This document shows, piece after piece, positions 1 through 11,765 of a stretch of 64,000 bases of DNA (the stretch's first letter is position 1; the number at the start of each line of letters is the position of its first letter). The position numbers and the translations under genes are program-made. The notes under the pieces are model-generated. The model was not told the DNA's origin. It did not search any database and was given only the letters and a program-made list of their open reading frames with translations. The stretch is from Dipteris shenzhenensis (lineage: Eukaryota): NCBI GenBank assembly GCA_047967505.1, contig CM106538.1. One strand, written 5' to 3'.

Positions 1-3000
1 TCTTTGCTATCACAATGCTGCAGTGTGATGTCACCAAGTAACACTCTTTCTCTGATGAAGTGCTCTCTGACATCAATGTGCTTTGTCCTGGAGTGATATA
101 CTGGATTTTTGGCCAATGCTTGAGCCGATTGATTATCACAGTATATTGTTGTTGGCTTTGACTCATCAAAGTAATCTGTTTCTGACAATAGTCTTCTGAG
201 CCATATAGCCTCACATGCACCTATAGTGAGTGCTCTATATTCTGCTTCAGTCGAAGACAAAGAAACAATTGGCTGTTTGTTTGAAAACCATGATATAGCA
301 CCTTGACCAAGGAAAAATGCATATCCCTGTGTCAATCTCCTGGTCTCATGATCTCCAACATAGTCACTATCATAGTATCCATGCAATCGTGGATGACTTC
401 CTCTGTATTCTATCCCAAACTGTCTTGTACCTCTGATGTACCTCAAGACTCTTTTGGCTGCATTCCAATGAGACTGTTTTGGATTTGCCATAAACTATGC
501 TAGTGAGCTTACTGCATAACAAATATCTGGCCGTGTGATTGTCAGATATATAAGAGATCCAATGAGCTGCCTGTAGTATCTATCATTGACTGTAGGCTTT
601 TCTGAATCTTTAGTAAGTTTCAAACTCTGTTCCATGGGAGTGGCTGCAATCTTGCAATCTGCCATATGAAACTTCTTCAGGAGACTGTCAACATACTTGA
701 GCTAACTCATGAATGTGCTATCTGAATCTCTCCAGAACTCAATTCCAAGACAATAGTGCATAAGTCCAAGATCTTTCATGTCAAACTCTGTAGATAAGTC
801 TTCTTTTAATTTTCTGATGAAGCTATCCTTGCTTCCTGTCACAATCAGATCATCTACGTACAAAAGTGCAATAGTAATGTCTTCCCCTTGAACTTGGTAG
901 TAGAGAGTATGATATGCATTGGACTTCATGTATCCCAGATCAGCAAAATACTTGTCAATTCTACTGTACCAACTTCTAGGTGCTTGCTTTAAGCCATAGA
1001 GACTTTTCTTAAAATGGCAAACCTTGTTCTCCTTTCCTGATTCAACATAACCGGCTGGTTGTTGCATGTAGACTTCCTCGTCTAGATAACCATTGAGAAA
1101 TGCATTCTTGACATCGAGCTGATACACATTCCATTTACTGAGTGTTGCTAGTGATATCAAGAACCGTATGGAATCCATCTTTGCTACTGGAGCATAAGTC
1201 TCATCATAATCTTGACCATATTGTTGTGCAAATCCTTTTGCAACTAATCTGGCTTTGTATCTCTGAATACTGCCATCTAGATTATACTTCACTTTGTATA
1301 CCCATTTGTTGGCTATGGCCTTCTTTCCTGGTGGAAGGTCGCATAATTCCCAAGTGTGATTTTTATACAAAGCATCCATTTCTTCATTCATAGCAGTTTG
1401 CCATTCGGGCTTGTCTACTGCATCTTCGAAGTACACTGGCTCTTCTGTAGCCATGATGGTAGTCATAAGAGCATAGTTGGTGGTTTCCACCTAAATTGCT
1501 TTGCCTTTCTGAGCATATGTCAATCTGGCTGGTGGTCTGCTTTCCCTAGTAGACCATCTGAGCTACTGTGGCTTTGCTTGGGGTGTTGTTGGCAATTCTT
1601 GCTCTTCTTCATCAACCTTTTGCGGTTGATGGGATCATACAATTTGTATGCTTTGCTTTCTTACTGTAGCCAACCATGATGCATTTGCGTGACTTCGCAT
1701 CCAATTTCTTGCGATGATCATCATGTATGTGGGCATATGCTATGCAACCAAATATGCGGAGATGCCCAATGCGTGGCTTGTGTCCAGTGAATGCTTCATA
1801 AGGAGTCATACCTTGTATCGGTTTGGTAGGAAGCCGATTAAGCAAATAGTTAGCTGTAGCTATTGCTTCTACCCAATACTGATTCATAAGATGCTTTTCA
1901 CTAAGCATTGCTCTAGCACTATCTGCTAAAGTCACATTCTTCCTTTCAGCTCTTGCATTCTGCTGAGGAGTATCTGCACATGTGAATTGTCTTCGAATGC
2001 CATGATTTTTGCAAAAGTTCATGAATGCTGAAGACATGTATTCACCTCCTCTATCTGATCTCATGACCTTAATCTTTCTACCTGTCTGGTTTTCTACCAT
2101 GGCTTTGAATTCTTGAAATCTGGAAAACACTTCAGATTTCTCTTTCAGAAAGTAGACCCAACATTGATATCTGCTGTAGTCGTCGATGAAAGTCAAGTAG
2201 TAAAGTGAACCATTGATGCTGCGGGTCTGGGCATAACCCCATACATCTGTATGAATCAAATCAAGAATACCTCGTGCACGAGAGGTACTTCTGACAAAGT
2301 TGGTTCGCTTTTGTTTGCCGAAGCAGCATGCTTCACAAACTTTTCCAAGAAACTGTAGCTTCAGAATCCCAATTGCCATATTCTCATTCGTGAGATCTAA
2401 CAAGTACTTGAAGTTGACATGACCATATCTCTTGTGCCATTTTGCAGATAGTGGCATCTGTTGCATTTGAGCTGACATGGCATGCTTATCTGGTACTGTA
2501 GCTAGCATCCTGTATAAGCGTCCTTCCTTGACAACTTTTGCTACTAGCTGACCTCTTTTGGATTTGTCTCTGATAGTGCATTCATCACCGTCGAAGATGA
2601 CTTTGTAGTTGTGTTCCGTCATTTGACCTACTGACAAAAGGTTCTTGCTGAGCTTCGGAACATAGAGCACATCTTTGACTAATCCTTTTGTACCAGTGAA
2701 ATTGTTAATAGGGATAACACCTGTCCCTTGAACTAGATTCGGTGTATTGTCTGCTGTGTAGATGACATTTTTCTATCCTTCCAATGGCTTCATTTCTGTG
2801 AACCATTCCTGATGATTTGTCATATGAGATGATGCACCACTATCGATGTACCAAGGTTCCTGTTCCACTTGGTCGACTTGATAGCTGAAATCCTCTTTGG
2901 GATTGAAATCAGTGTCTAGGTGCATTGTATCAGTCTGATGCAATTCCTCACTTGCAAGAAACATATTGCCATGTTCATTTGCAAAATGACTGTGACTAGA

Positions 3001-4059
3001 ATGTCCACCACGATGATTTCCTCTTCCTCGGGAATTCCCTCGATTACTGCTGGATTGACCGCCTTGGTCGTACTGCTTCTTGCGGCAATCTCTTTCATAG
3101 TGTCCAAACTTGTGACAGTAGTTGCACTGGATGTTTGACACATTGGTGGATGCATTCCCTCGTCCTTGAAATCTTCCTCGATTGGAATGATTTCCTCTTT
3201 GCTGATTTTGATGTTGCTGAGGATGATGCTGATGCTGATGCTGATTTTGACTTTGATTTTGTTGATGATGACCACTTTTCTGATATGATCTACCTCTGTT
3301 TCTACCTTTGCCTCTGCTTCTATCTGAAGCTATGAATGCCTAATCATTAGAATGACCTTTACGTGCTTGAATGGCCTGAGTCTTGAGTTCTTCACCAAGT
3401 AGAACTGACTGAAGTTCTTCCAGTGTTGGAATTTGCCGTTGGATGGCAATACTCTGGACTAGATTCTCATATTCTTCTCCTAGTCCATTCAGGATTACTT
3501 GAACCATTTCTGTGGGATTCATAGTCTCTCATGCTGCTGCAAGTTGATTGTTGTAGTCTTTGATGCGAAGTACATAAGCATGACCGGTTTCACTGCTGTT
3601 GCGGAAACTCTGGTTGATCTGGTTTCTCAGGGTGAGAATCCTGGATGTGTTCTTGGACTCGTAGAGAGCTGTGAACATATCCCATGCTTCTTTTGATGTC
3701 TTGACTGTGTTGAGCTGTCCTAGCATGACATCTTGCACATTCTGCTTGATCAGGTGATAGGCATACTTGTCTTTCTTATCCCATTCTGATTGAGCTCGGG
3801 CAATGGCAGGATCTGCTACTGGTGCGAAAACTGTTTGTGTAGTTGTAGATCCCGATGTAGATCCCGTTGCTGGTGTTGTGACAACAGATGGAGTAGAGCT
3901 ACTGATGGCTGGATCGGCCAATGGTCTAGGTATAGATCCATCGACATACTCCCATTTGTCCTGAAGCACAAGAATGGTCTCCATTCGGTATTTCCATGTA
4001 TCGTAATTGGAGTTGTCTAACTTAGCAGATGCCTCCAGATTGAGGTTGCTAGTCGACAT
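1..4059 (-). pseudogene. A1 gag-pol polyprotein, disrupted by premature stops and indels
   Basis: Start MSTSNLNLEASAKLD at 4059; ORF pieces 3529-4059, 3340-3522, 2773-3141, 1612-2670, 702-1490; most stops are TAG where A2 has CAG. Confidence 0.95.
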
Positions 4060-5118
4060 GGTGCAAACAATGTACTCAAAAAGTGTCCTGAAAAACTCTG
4101 TATGAATCAACTGCAAATACACTGAAGATGCCAAGTGAAACCTCTGTACCGTCGGTGAAGATAGAACTGCAGTATATAAAATGTGATCTGTGTTACAAGG
4201 CTTGTGGCAATGATGCCGAGAATAGCCAAGAGGCTTTACAAGTCCGAAAATGATGTGCACGATGCCGTGAGATAGCCGAATAGGCTTTACAATGGTGGCA
4301 TGTGTGTGTGAAATCAAATGATATCTGCCCACTGAATCAATCTGCAATGCCTCTGAACTCTGAAGTCTGCTCACTGAACTAATGAACGTAAGGTTTCAGG
4401 TAATGTAATGATGTGAAATCGGATGTGAGCGTATGGACTGACTCCGAGTAGGTACTAGTCGGGAATTTCGGGCATGGCTTAGATTGGCAACTTGGGGAAA
4501 TTCAAAGCGTCCCCTCTATGGCGATCTAGTCTACTCTGATCTAGATCTAAACCAACCGTCGATCGATGAAAGAACAGCAAATAATTCCTTTTCTTTTGTT
4601 CTTTTTAAGTGCTGGGTCAGATGCGTCGATGTAGAGGCAAATGTGCGTGAAGGAAGTGGTTTTGTCGGCGAGGCTCAAATGTGAGTGTAACTTGCACCAA
4701 AGTGTGCACATGACGTGACGAGCGCGTAGAGCACGAAAAAACGAGCAACTTTCCTTTTTGGAGCACCCTCAAATTCTTCCTGGATCAAGAGATATGACTT
4801 GATCTAGGTGGAGGGGCAAAAGGAGTGCAAATGGTGCTCAATGATGATGTGTCACTGTGAGTCACATGCAGTGATGATGTGGCACTGTGCTTAGCAAGAG
4901 GTGTGCCAGTGAAGCTCTGTGCTGAGGTGGCAGGAGTGTGCACATGAGTGTGTGCACAGTGTGCCTGGCAAGAGACTGTGCCTGCAGAGGGTCAGTGCTG
5001 ACTGGACTCTGCTGAGGTGGCATAGATGATGTCAGCAGGGTGACGTGGCAATGTTGATGTGGCACTGATGATGTGTCCTTGATGACATGGCATAGGTGAT
5101 GTGGCTGATGATGTGGTA

Positions 5119-5348
5119 GGTGACATGGCAGTCGGTGATGACGTGGCAATCAGTGATGACGTGGCAGTCGATGATGACATGGCACTCGGTGATGACGTGG
5201 TAGTCGGTGATGATGTGGCCGTCGATGATGACATGGTAGTCGATGATGATGTGGCAGTCGGCGATGACGTGGTAGTCGATGATGACATGGTCGTCGATGA
5301 TGACGTGGCAGTCGATGATGACATGGCAATCGGTGATGACATGGCCGT
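5119..5348. repeat. 18-bp tandem array (~13 copies, consensus GATGACGTGGCAGTCGRT) in the A1 5' leader
   Basis: Units read directly, e.g. gatgacgtggcaatcagt, gatgacgtggcagtcgat, gatgacatggcactcggt; variants are mostly CG to TG/CA. Confidence 0.95.
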
Positions 5349-6672
5349 GTGGATAGGTTGATGATGTGGCAATGGTGACATGGCCAAATGACATGGCAAT
5401 GGATAAGATGAGGTTGCCACGTGTCGATAGAAGGCCTACCGGAATATTTTGAGGTGCTGACGGAATCTTTAAGATTCCGTCATCTTCTTCGTCGTCGGCC
5501 GTTTGGAGGCGAGCTTCAAGAGACTTATTGAGGAGCAGCGCGGGTAGCGAGGGAGCTCGCAGAGAGGAGCCGTCGGTGCTGGCGCTGGAGTGTTGACAGG
5601 AGCTCTCAGAGTCCGTTGGCATAAAGTCGGCCGTCAGGTGGCACAACCTTACCTTTGGAGCTTTAGTTGGCCGTGATTAATATTGGAGGATCTGTTGCAG
5701 GGTCGCCTTGGTGACCCGTCGGTGGGCTGGCCGTAGGAACCGTAGGCCGATGGCGATGATCGTCGTTGGCGTATCTTCTCCTGCAGGTCTAGCTTGCAGA
5801 GCCCGTAGGTGGAGCCAAGGCAGAGAAGGCGCAATCCGTCGAGGGAGCCGAAGATGCACGTAGGAAGCTGCTAGTCGTTCGGATGGAGGCTTGTAGGAGG
5901 CGTCGAGAGCTGTTTGAGCCTTGTAGACAGGTTGGCGATGGTGGAGCTCGTGGCTTGAGCCTTGCACAGTTCGTTGGAGTCTTTCGTGAAAGGGTCCGTC
6001 GTGCAATCAGAGTCTGCATTGGAGCAACGTTCGTTTGGAGCTAGGAGGTCCGTTGACGTAGGAGCGGCTGTCGTTGTAGGCTATATGGAGCTTCGTTAGA
6101 GACTACATTTGGAGGTCGAGGCGCCTTTTGTCGAGTCTGCTGTTGCAGTCATTAGGCTTGCTGCTGCTGCTCTTTAGTTGCCGAACGATCATTGTAGCTT
6201 GGCGCTAACTCGAGGTTGTTGTCTGAGTTGCAAGCTTTGGTCGTTGGATACTAAAGGTAGTCGATGCAGAGGAGCTACTCCCAGAGACCTAGTCAAACCT
6301 TATACAAAACCTTTCTCTTGTTGCAGGACTCTTTCCCTCTTGAGAATCTCAAATAAAATTCTCCAATAAAGTGACACTCACACTCTCTATCACAAAGTAG
6401 TTCTCACAATATCACAGAAGGAAATGAGGTCTCTCTCTTCGAAAGAGAAGAATAACTTTCACTCTCACGGAAGAATGAATGGAATAGAGAGTCGAATGAA
6501 TCTCTCAATGAAAAACTCTCACAAAATAAATGGATGGAAATTCCTCTCAAATGGACGGATGAAGATCTCTCACCGGAAGTGGACTCTCACGGAGAACACT
6601 CAAGAGAACTCTCAATCTCACAATCTCTCTCACACTCTCAAGAATCTCAATGTCTCAGCGGAAGACAAGGAA

Positions 6673-6684
6673 GCTCTGATACCA
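6673..6684 (-). other. Primer binding site (tRNA-iMet) of A1
   Basis: gctctgatacca = reverse complement of TGGTATCAGAGC, immediately internal to the LTR CA end. Confidence 0.95.
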
Positions 6685-6941
6685 TGACAAAATATGGAGA
6701 GGGGAGAGGAGAAGAGTGGAGATAAGGAGAGAGGGCACAGCTAGAGAGCACACCACAAATGACTAACTGTACACTAGATTTAGTTGAAAAAATAGAATAT
6801 ATACAAACCCTTTTAGGGTTAGGGTTAGGGGATCTAACCCTTTCCTTTATAGCACTCTATAAGGTTAGTGCTATGCACATATGATCACGTGATGGTGCTA
6901 TGCACACATGATCACATGATGTTGAGCGTGAACTCTCAACA
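6685..6941 (-). repeat. A1 5' LTR (257 bp, TG...CA)
   Basis: Reverse complement matches A2 LTRs 53022-53278 and 60031-60287 over the full length. Confidence 0.96.
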
Positions 6942-7069
6942 CTTAACGAAATGGAGAGAGCAGAGAGAGACGAGGGAATGTAATCACAATGGAAGAATGA
7001 GAGTATGCTAGGGGATGCATGAGCAAGGTCGGTATATAGAATGTTATGCATAAGTTAGGGCTCTCAACA
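6942..7069 (-). mobile_element. Probable 5' portion of a different, older LTR into which A1 inserted
   Basis: Minus strand begins TGTTGAGAG (same terminus as the copia LTRs here), has CTATATA and a pyrimidine-rich tail; sits between A1 and CACTA intron-like sequence. No second copy in window. Confidence 0.4.
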
Positions 7070-8237
7070 ATTTAGATTGCTTATTTAATTGACTTTTTCT
7101 TGGTGTAGTGTACTATGTTCAATGCTATATGGTGTGAGGGCAAGCATTTTCGAACACAACGGATTGATGATAAGAGAAACACATAAGATTGCGGCGTCAT
7201 TGCTAGCTTTGAGAGAGCCAATGGAACCATGGATGATTATTGTGGCAAAATCCAAGATATTATTAAGCTTGACTTTCGACGCTTCTTTGTGTATGTTTTG
7301 GATGTAAAGTGGTTTAAGGATGTGGTGAAAAGAGACCCTAATGCAACAATCAAACGCCATGCAAGTGGCTTTATAACTATTGACTCAATAAAGTTTTGAC
7401 AAAGTAAGAACACACTAGTACTACCGTAACAATGTGAACAGATATTGTACACATATAAAAATACTCACTTTTAAATATTTGATACCTTCGATGCAAGGAA
7501 AATAACATGATTGTATTTGTGTTTGAATTAGGTTGTCTATCAACGAATGGTAGATAGTAATAGGTGGTGGAATGTCATACCTATTACGCTACGTTCCAAA
7601 GTGATGTATAGTACATTTACTAATATAGAACGTATGGAGGATGATCATGGCCATGAAGGTGACGATGCCCATGATACGAGAGAGGAGGATGATCATGAGA
7701 TAGGAGATATAGATATTGAGGCCATTACCCATGAGGACAAGCGTACCATTAGTGATGCTGATTTAGATGAGCACATGAGTAGCACAAGTAGTAGTGGGTT
7801 GAATGTATTTGTAGATCTCAACACTGGTTTGGATTTTGAAGTAAATAGTTTGGCAAAGCTTGATCTCATTAAGGATGAGATTGAATCGTAGCCCATCATT
7901 GATATTGACAAAACTATTTTACATATTGTCTCATTTTCCTCATCTCACTTAATTTTTATATATGTGGGTTTGCTAAAAAGCATTGATATTTTTGTTAAAA
8001 TTACGTACTTTGGTAATCATGGGCAATGTTTGAAAATTAGCAGCGATGTACATTTATCAGCTTGCACCAAAATCTCACTTTCTGTATTCTCTGTTTTGCA
8101 TCTAAATCTGTGTCTAATTCATAGTGCAGACACGTTAATAGACGCACTATTAGACACGTCCATATTTTTGCTATTCTAGCAACGCCTATAGACACACCCA
8201 CTATTTTGCGCGTCTATAGTTGCTTTGTCTTGTTGTG
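7070..8237 (+). mobile_element. 3' remnant of a CACTA (En/Spm) DNA transposon
   Basis: DUF4216-like transposase C-terminus; subterminal repeats tagacgc/tagacac/gcgtcta/gtgtcta at ~8110-8220; degenerate TIR TGTCTTGTTGTG (cf. TTTCTTGTAGTG) ending at 8237. Confidence 0.75.
7109..7891 (+). pseudogene. Spliced CACTA transposase C-terminal exons (7109-7441, 7532-7891), decayed
   Basis: Hand translation: ..EGKHFRTQRIDDKRNT*DCGVIAS..DYCGKIQDIIKLDF..VLDVKWFKD..SGFITID..LP*QCEQ / VVYQRMVDSNRWWNVIP; AG acceptors at 7107-7108 and 7530-7531; donor after 7441 reads AT (mutated). Confidence 0.75.
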
Positions 8238-9512
8238 GAAGTAGCACACTAGCTACTTCCCTTTTTACAGACTAGGGAGAGTTAATGTATCCATTGAAGC
8301 ACTACAATAATGTGCATTTACAAATCTTGATTCCCACCATAGATAGGAATAACAAGTCCTAAATGCTAACCTCATGCAAACTAACTGACTAAAGACTTTT
8401 CAAGAGCATATATGGTGCACCTTTTGACTCTATATTCAAGATTTGCACTTTAAAATGCATTTACTTTTGAAAGCTAAGTCTCTTTGTCTTAAGGAATGGA
8501 AGGCTAGAAAATGCCTTTAAAACCTTACCTGGTCTTACTAAAATGAGTGAATGAAGGAGAAACCTCTTTTTGACATGTAGGAGGCTCCTTCAGTATGTAG
8601 ACATGAGTGCCATCAAGTAGCCTTTGCACATTTGAAGTGCCAAGCAGCGGTGATGCTTGCAATAGAAGACCCTATTATCTTAACCTTGGCCTGATAGCTC
8701 CCCATTAAATGTGAGCCTAATGTGAGTGGCACTAAGTGTCAATGTTATGTGACTTGATCTTGACACCTTTTATATAAATTCAAGAATAGCTTGTAACATG
8801 AAGGCTCTAAATACTAATGGGGGTAAAACCAAGTATGCAGAGTTTAACATACAAATACAATAAGATGCCATCAGAATAGTTTGGCCTTCTTTGTGTTTGT
8901 TTCTCTTTTAAGGGAAAGCATGGTGATCTCCATAGAGGACTGATTTCCATAGAGAACACGAATACACTTAGGGCATGGAGGCACTTTCAAAGGTAGTTTA
9001 AAGCTGCCCCACGATTTAGGTTATCACTTGGATTTGCAAAACAATGCCAAGTAGCTGGAAAAATCTATAGATCGATCCACTTACATTCCTCTCATGCGGA
9101 CGTATGATCACTGGGCATTGTATCAGTGTGCGCATCGTCTAGTACTCGTGGCCCCTGGCCTGCTTCCGCTCTCCATCACATTCATAGATCGTTCAAGCAC
9201 TGAAACCAGAGCATGACAAACATAGATTCGGCAGCACTTGTATGAAACAAACATTTTCTTGTACTGAAGGAACTGTTAGTCTTACGATGGCTGAAAGCCT
9301 GAATATACGAAAGTTCTTTCAATGATATTGTATCTGGAAATACGTTTTCTGTAGAGTACGAAGATTAATGATCAGACCTTTGATAATGTAGCTGATCAGT
9401 CTGTCAACATGATTATGTCATTACATCTTCCAACTTCGTGCTGGGTATGGAAAGACAGTCCAGATTCTTCAAACAGTAACCCTGCGGACAGCTTTACCAG
9501 CTTCTAATTGTG

Positions 9513-10493
9513 TTATCTTTCATTATGGGACGGCCCAACACTCAACCATGGAGTATCCTGCCTCGAAAGAGGTGTTCTTTCAACATCTAACTGTGTGCCA
9601 ACCGGAGATGATCGCCTTTGAAGAGATTTACTACCGTCGGGGCTGGGTGAGGGTTGCTGGTCTTCCGAATCCCAACCTACGCTTGGCTTCTGTCTCTTCT
9701 TTCCCTGTAGTGAAACTCCGAAAAGTTTTACAGGGCCTTTCTCCTCCACAATATCCTGAACAATCAGCTCACTGCCGCTGGCACCTAATCTACCGCCGTC
9801 CAGAAAACCTTCTTTCGAGGTACATGCCCCTGAAACTGAGGCCGAAGAGATTCCGCCCACTAAAGGCAAATAGCCATCTGGTTCGCTTGCACTCTGCTTG
9901 GGTCGTGGCAAAGCAAGCATGGGAAGTACAGTTCTTGGCATGGATATTGGCTTTGGGGGGCATGAAACAACACATGATGCGTTTCCTTTTATATGAGCAT
10001 CAGAAGAAACGTCGACCAGATCGTCCCTCCTTATTGCCGTACTGATCGTTTCAATTCTGTCCCGTAAAGCTGGCGGTGTGGCTCCTTGTAGCATTAGAGG
10101 CCCAACAGTTCCGTTCCACTGATATGCTGCCCTCGAAGCTTCTTGACATGGAATCCTTGCATGTTGCTGAACGAAAATGACAGCGTCATTATACCACTTC
10201 TTTAGGCGAGATAATTCATATGCCAGCACAGTATTATCTCTTCTTAATCTTTCATTCTCATCGGACAAAGAAAGTGCTGCGTTGTAGCAGCTTATCCCAC
10301 TAGCGCAAGACGAGATTGGGGATGACAAAGGAGACCAAGGGCGTTCTTCAGCTGAACTAGACGGCGAAGACCGGCTTGTAGCTTGGCTTTGCGATGACTT
10401 TCGCCTATGGATTTCGCTTAGCAGATGTTTCTGTCCTTTTCTGAAGTAATCATTCGCGAACTCCCAACGATCCGGTACGACCTTCCTGAAGCC
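9513..10493 (-). CDS. HSFB4: Heat shock transcription factor class B (HsfB4/SCHIZORIZA-like), exon 2
   Basis: [32 protein letters not shown] completes the DBD; compact class-[41 protein letters not shown]; repressor motif KLFGV followed by basic NLS KKRQK; no AHA activator motif seen; CAG acceptor at 10496-10494. Confidence 0.93.
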   Translation of the reverse strand, partial: GFRKVVPDRWEFANDYFRKGQKHLLSEIHRRKSSQSQATSRSSPSSSAEERPWSPLSSPISSCASGISCYNAALSLSDENERLRRDNTVLAYELSRLKKWYNDAVIFVQQHARIPCQEASRAAYQWNGTVGPLMLQGATPPALRDRIETISTAIRRDDLVDVSSDAHIKGNASCVVSCPPKPISMPRTVLPMLALPRPKQSASEPDGYLPLVGGISSASVSGACTSKEGFLDGGRLGASGSELIVQDIVEEKGPVKLFGVSLQGKKRQKPSVGWDSEDQQPSPSPDGSKSLQRRSSPVGTQLDVERTPLSRQDTPWLSVGPSHNER

Positions 10494-10792
10494 CTGCACG
10501 AAGAGCCGAATATCTCATCAGATCACAATCTACTTGCAGATCCAAGGCTTTCTAAGAGCACGCATATTCTGAGCAATCCAACCCTCTCTGACAAGAATCA
10601 TGATGTCCGTCAAACATAGAATTGCTACCTTAAACGGTTTTGTTAAAGTTTCACCGCAGCTTTCACGTGTTATCATACGAGTTTGTCTAGATAAAGCTCA
10701 CAACATACACGGAAAAGATCCTGAGCGCAACGAACCTAATTTCTGGGAGCAAGTTTCTGGCAAATATGAGACTCAAGGATGGGAGGCCTTAC
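10494..10792 (-). other. Conserved HSF DBD intron (299 nt, GT-AG, phase 0)
   Basis: GTAAGG donor right after ..QLNTY codons, GTGCAG acceptor right before GFRK: the canonical plant HSF intron position. Confidence 0.95.
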
Positions 10793-11038
10793 GTATGTAT
10801 TAAGTTGCCGAACAAAACTGGAGAAATTGTTATGTTTAAAGAAATTCGGAAGCACATCCCTTGCAAACTCTGGTGGCCGCCAGACGACGAACGTTGTCTC
10901 ATCCTCATTCCATGAAACTATATGATCAGTGGCAGGATCATCTACGAGCTGGTACGTTTTCGTAAGAAACGGGGCGGGTACCGAGCGGTGGGCGTCGAGG
11001 TCAAGGAAACCTTCGAACGGATCGAAACTGAGCGCCAT
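10793..11038 (-). CDS. HSFB4: Heat shock transcription factor class B (HsfB4-like), exon 1
   Basis: [76 protein letters not shown] (82 codons); N-terminus and DBD resemble HsfB4 from memory; 408 aa with exon 2. Confidence 0.95.
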
Positions 11039-11077
11039 GAGATGTTTAGGAAACTAACCAAAAAGGATCTACAGTGG

Positions 11078-11131
11078 CTACTGATCGCTCGAATGAGGTC
11101 TGAGCATTACATAGGGCTTCCTGACGGCCAT
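11078..11131 (-). promoter_or_regulatory. Candidate upstream ORF (17 aa, MAVRKPYVMLRPHSSDQ*) in the HSF 5' leader, containing an overlapping ATG-TAA minimal uORF
   Basis: ATG 11131, TAG 11080-11078; ATGTAATG at 11112-11105; assumes the TSS is upstream of 11131. Confidence 0.55.
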
Positions 11132-11765
11132 GGAAGCTTGGGCTTGAGCTTTTATGGATCGAAGGAATTGTGCGGGTGAAGGGGATGATTGCTACTGACA
11201 AGGAAAGAAAGAAAGAAGAAGATCCTACAAAGGTGGTGGGCACGTCAAAAGAAGGTTTGGACCTGAGAAGAAGCCAAGTAACGTCTTAGAACTTCTAACG
11301 GAAGAAGAAGATAGGAGGCAGGCAGGCAGGTGAGAAAAAGCGAGGGGGAAGTGGATGCGGAAATGAGGGAAGAGAAGCTTCAAAACCTCCGTGCAAGCGA
11401 GGATGACAGGCAAGTCCAATCAGGCTTATAGTTTAATTGACTTTAATGGGAGGAGTCTGTGTTGGGAGGTTACGGCGGCTTTGTTTTGAATTTGGGTGAG
11501 TGGAGGAGGAAGTAGACCGCAGGTAAGGAGTGGGGGCCTCGCTGAGAAAATGGGGCGGTTAGTGTGGAAAGCTATTTGATATAAAGCCTAAAGGCACAAC
11601 AACAACAAACAAGGGCCAGATACCTTAAGGGCTGCCTGGGCTGGCTGGCTGGAAAGCTGCTGTGATATCTATTGGCTGTGTACAACGCAGCCTGAGAGAA
11701 TATGGGCGATTAAAGTGAAGCGTTGCTGTTGTTGCTGCAGGTAGACTCACGGGATAGTAAGTAGA

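Larger units (their letters stand above)
1..6941 (-). mobile_element. Ty1/copia LTR retrotransposon, family A copy 1 (A1); 3' end lies outside the window
   Basis: 5' LTR 6685-6941, PBS TGGTATCAGAGC, then gag, CCHC knuckle (CNYCHKFGHYERDC), protease (WYIDSGASSHM), integrase (HKRYGH..CEAC, RSDRGGEY), RT (LDVKNAFLNG, LYVDDL) and RNase H in copia order; closely similar to copy A2 at 53022-60287. Confidence 0.97.

Noticed and set aside
4862-5646. Repetitive ORFs (DDDVAV, SSSTAT, CHVIID) and a CRISPR-like look
   Set aside because: Head-to-tail 18-bp minisatellite with no unique spacers, in a eukaryotic context; open frames follow from a unit length divisible by three and are not shared with A2.
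6813-6831. TTAGGG repeats as a telomere or interstitial telomeric site
   Set aside because: Only about three units, and present in every family A LTR; part of the LTR.
9548-10045. 165-aa antisense ORF over HSF exon 2
   Set aside because: No recognisable domain; shadow of the coding strand.
11374-11381. GAAgcTTC heat-shock element upstream of the HSF gene
   Set aside because: Only two nGAAn units; a canonical HSE needs three.
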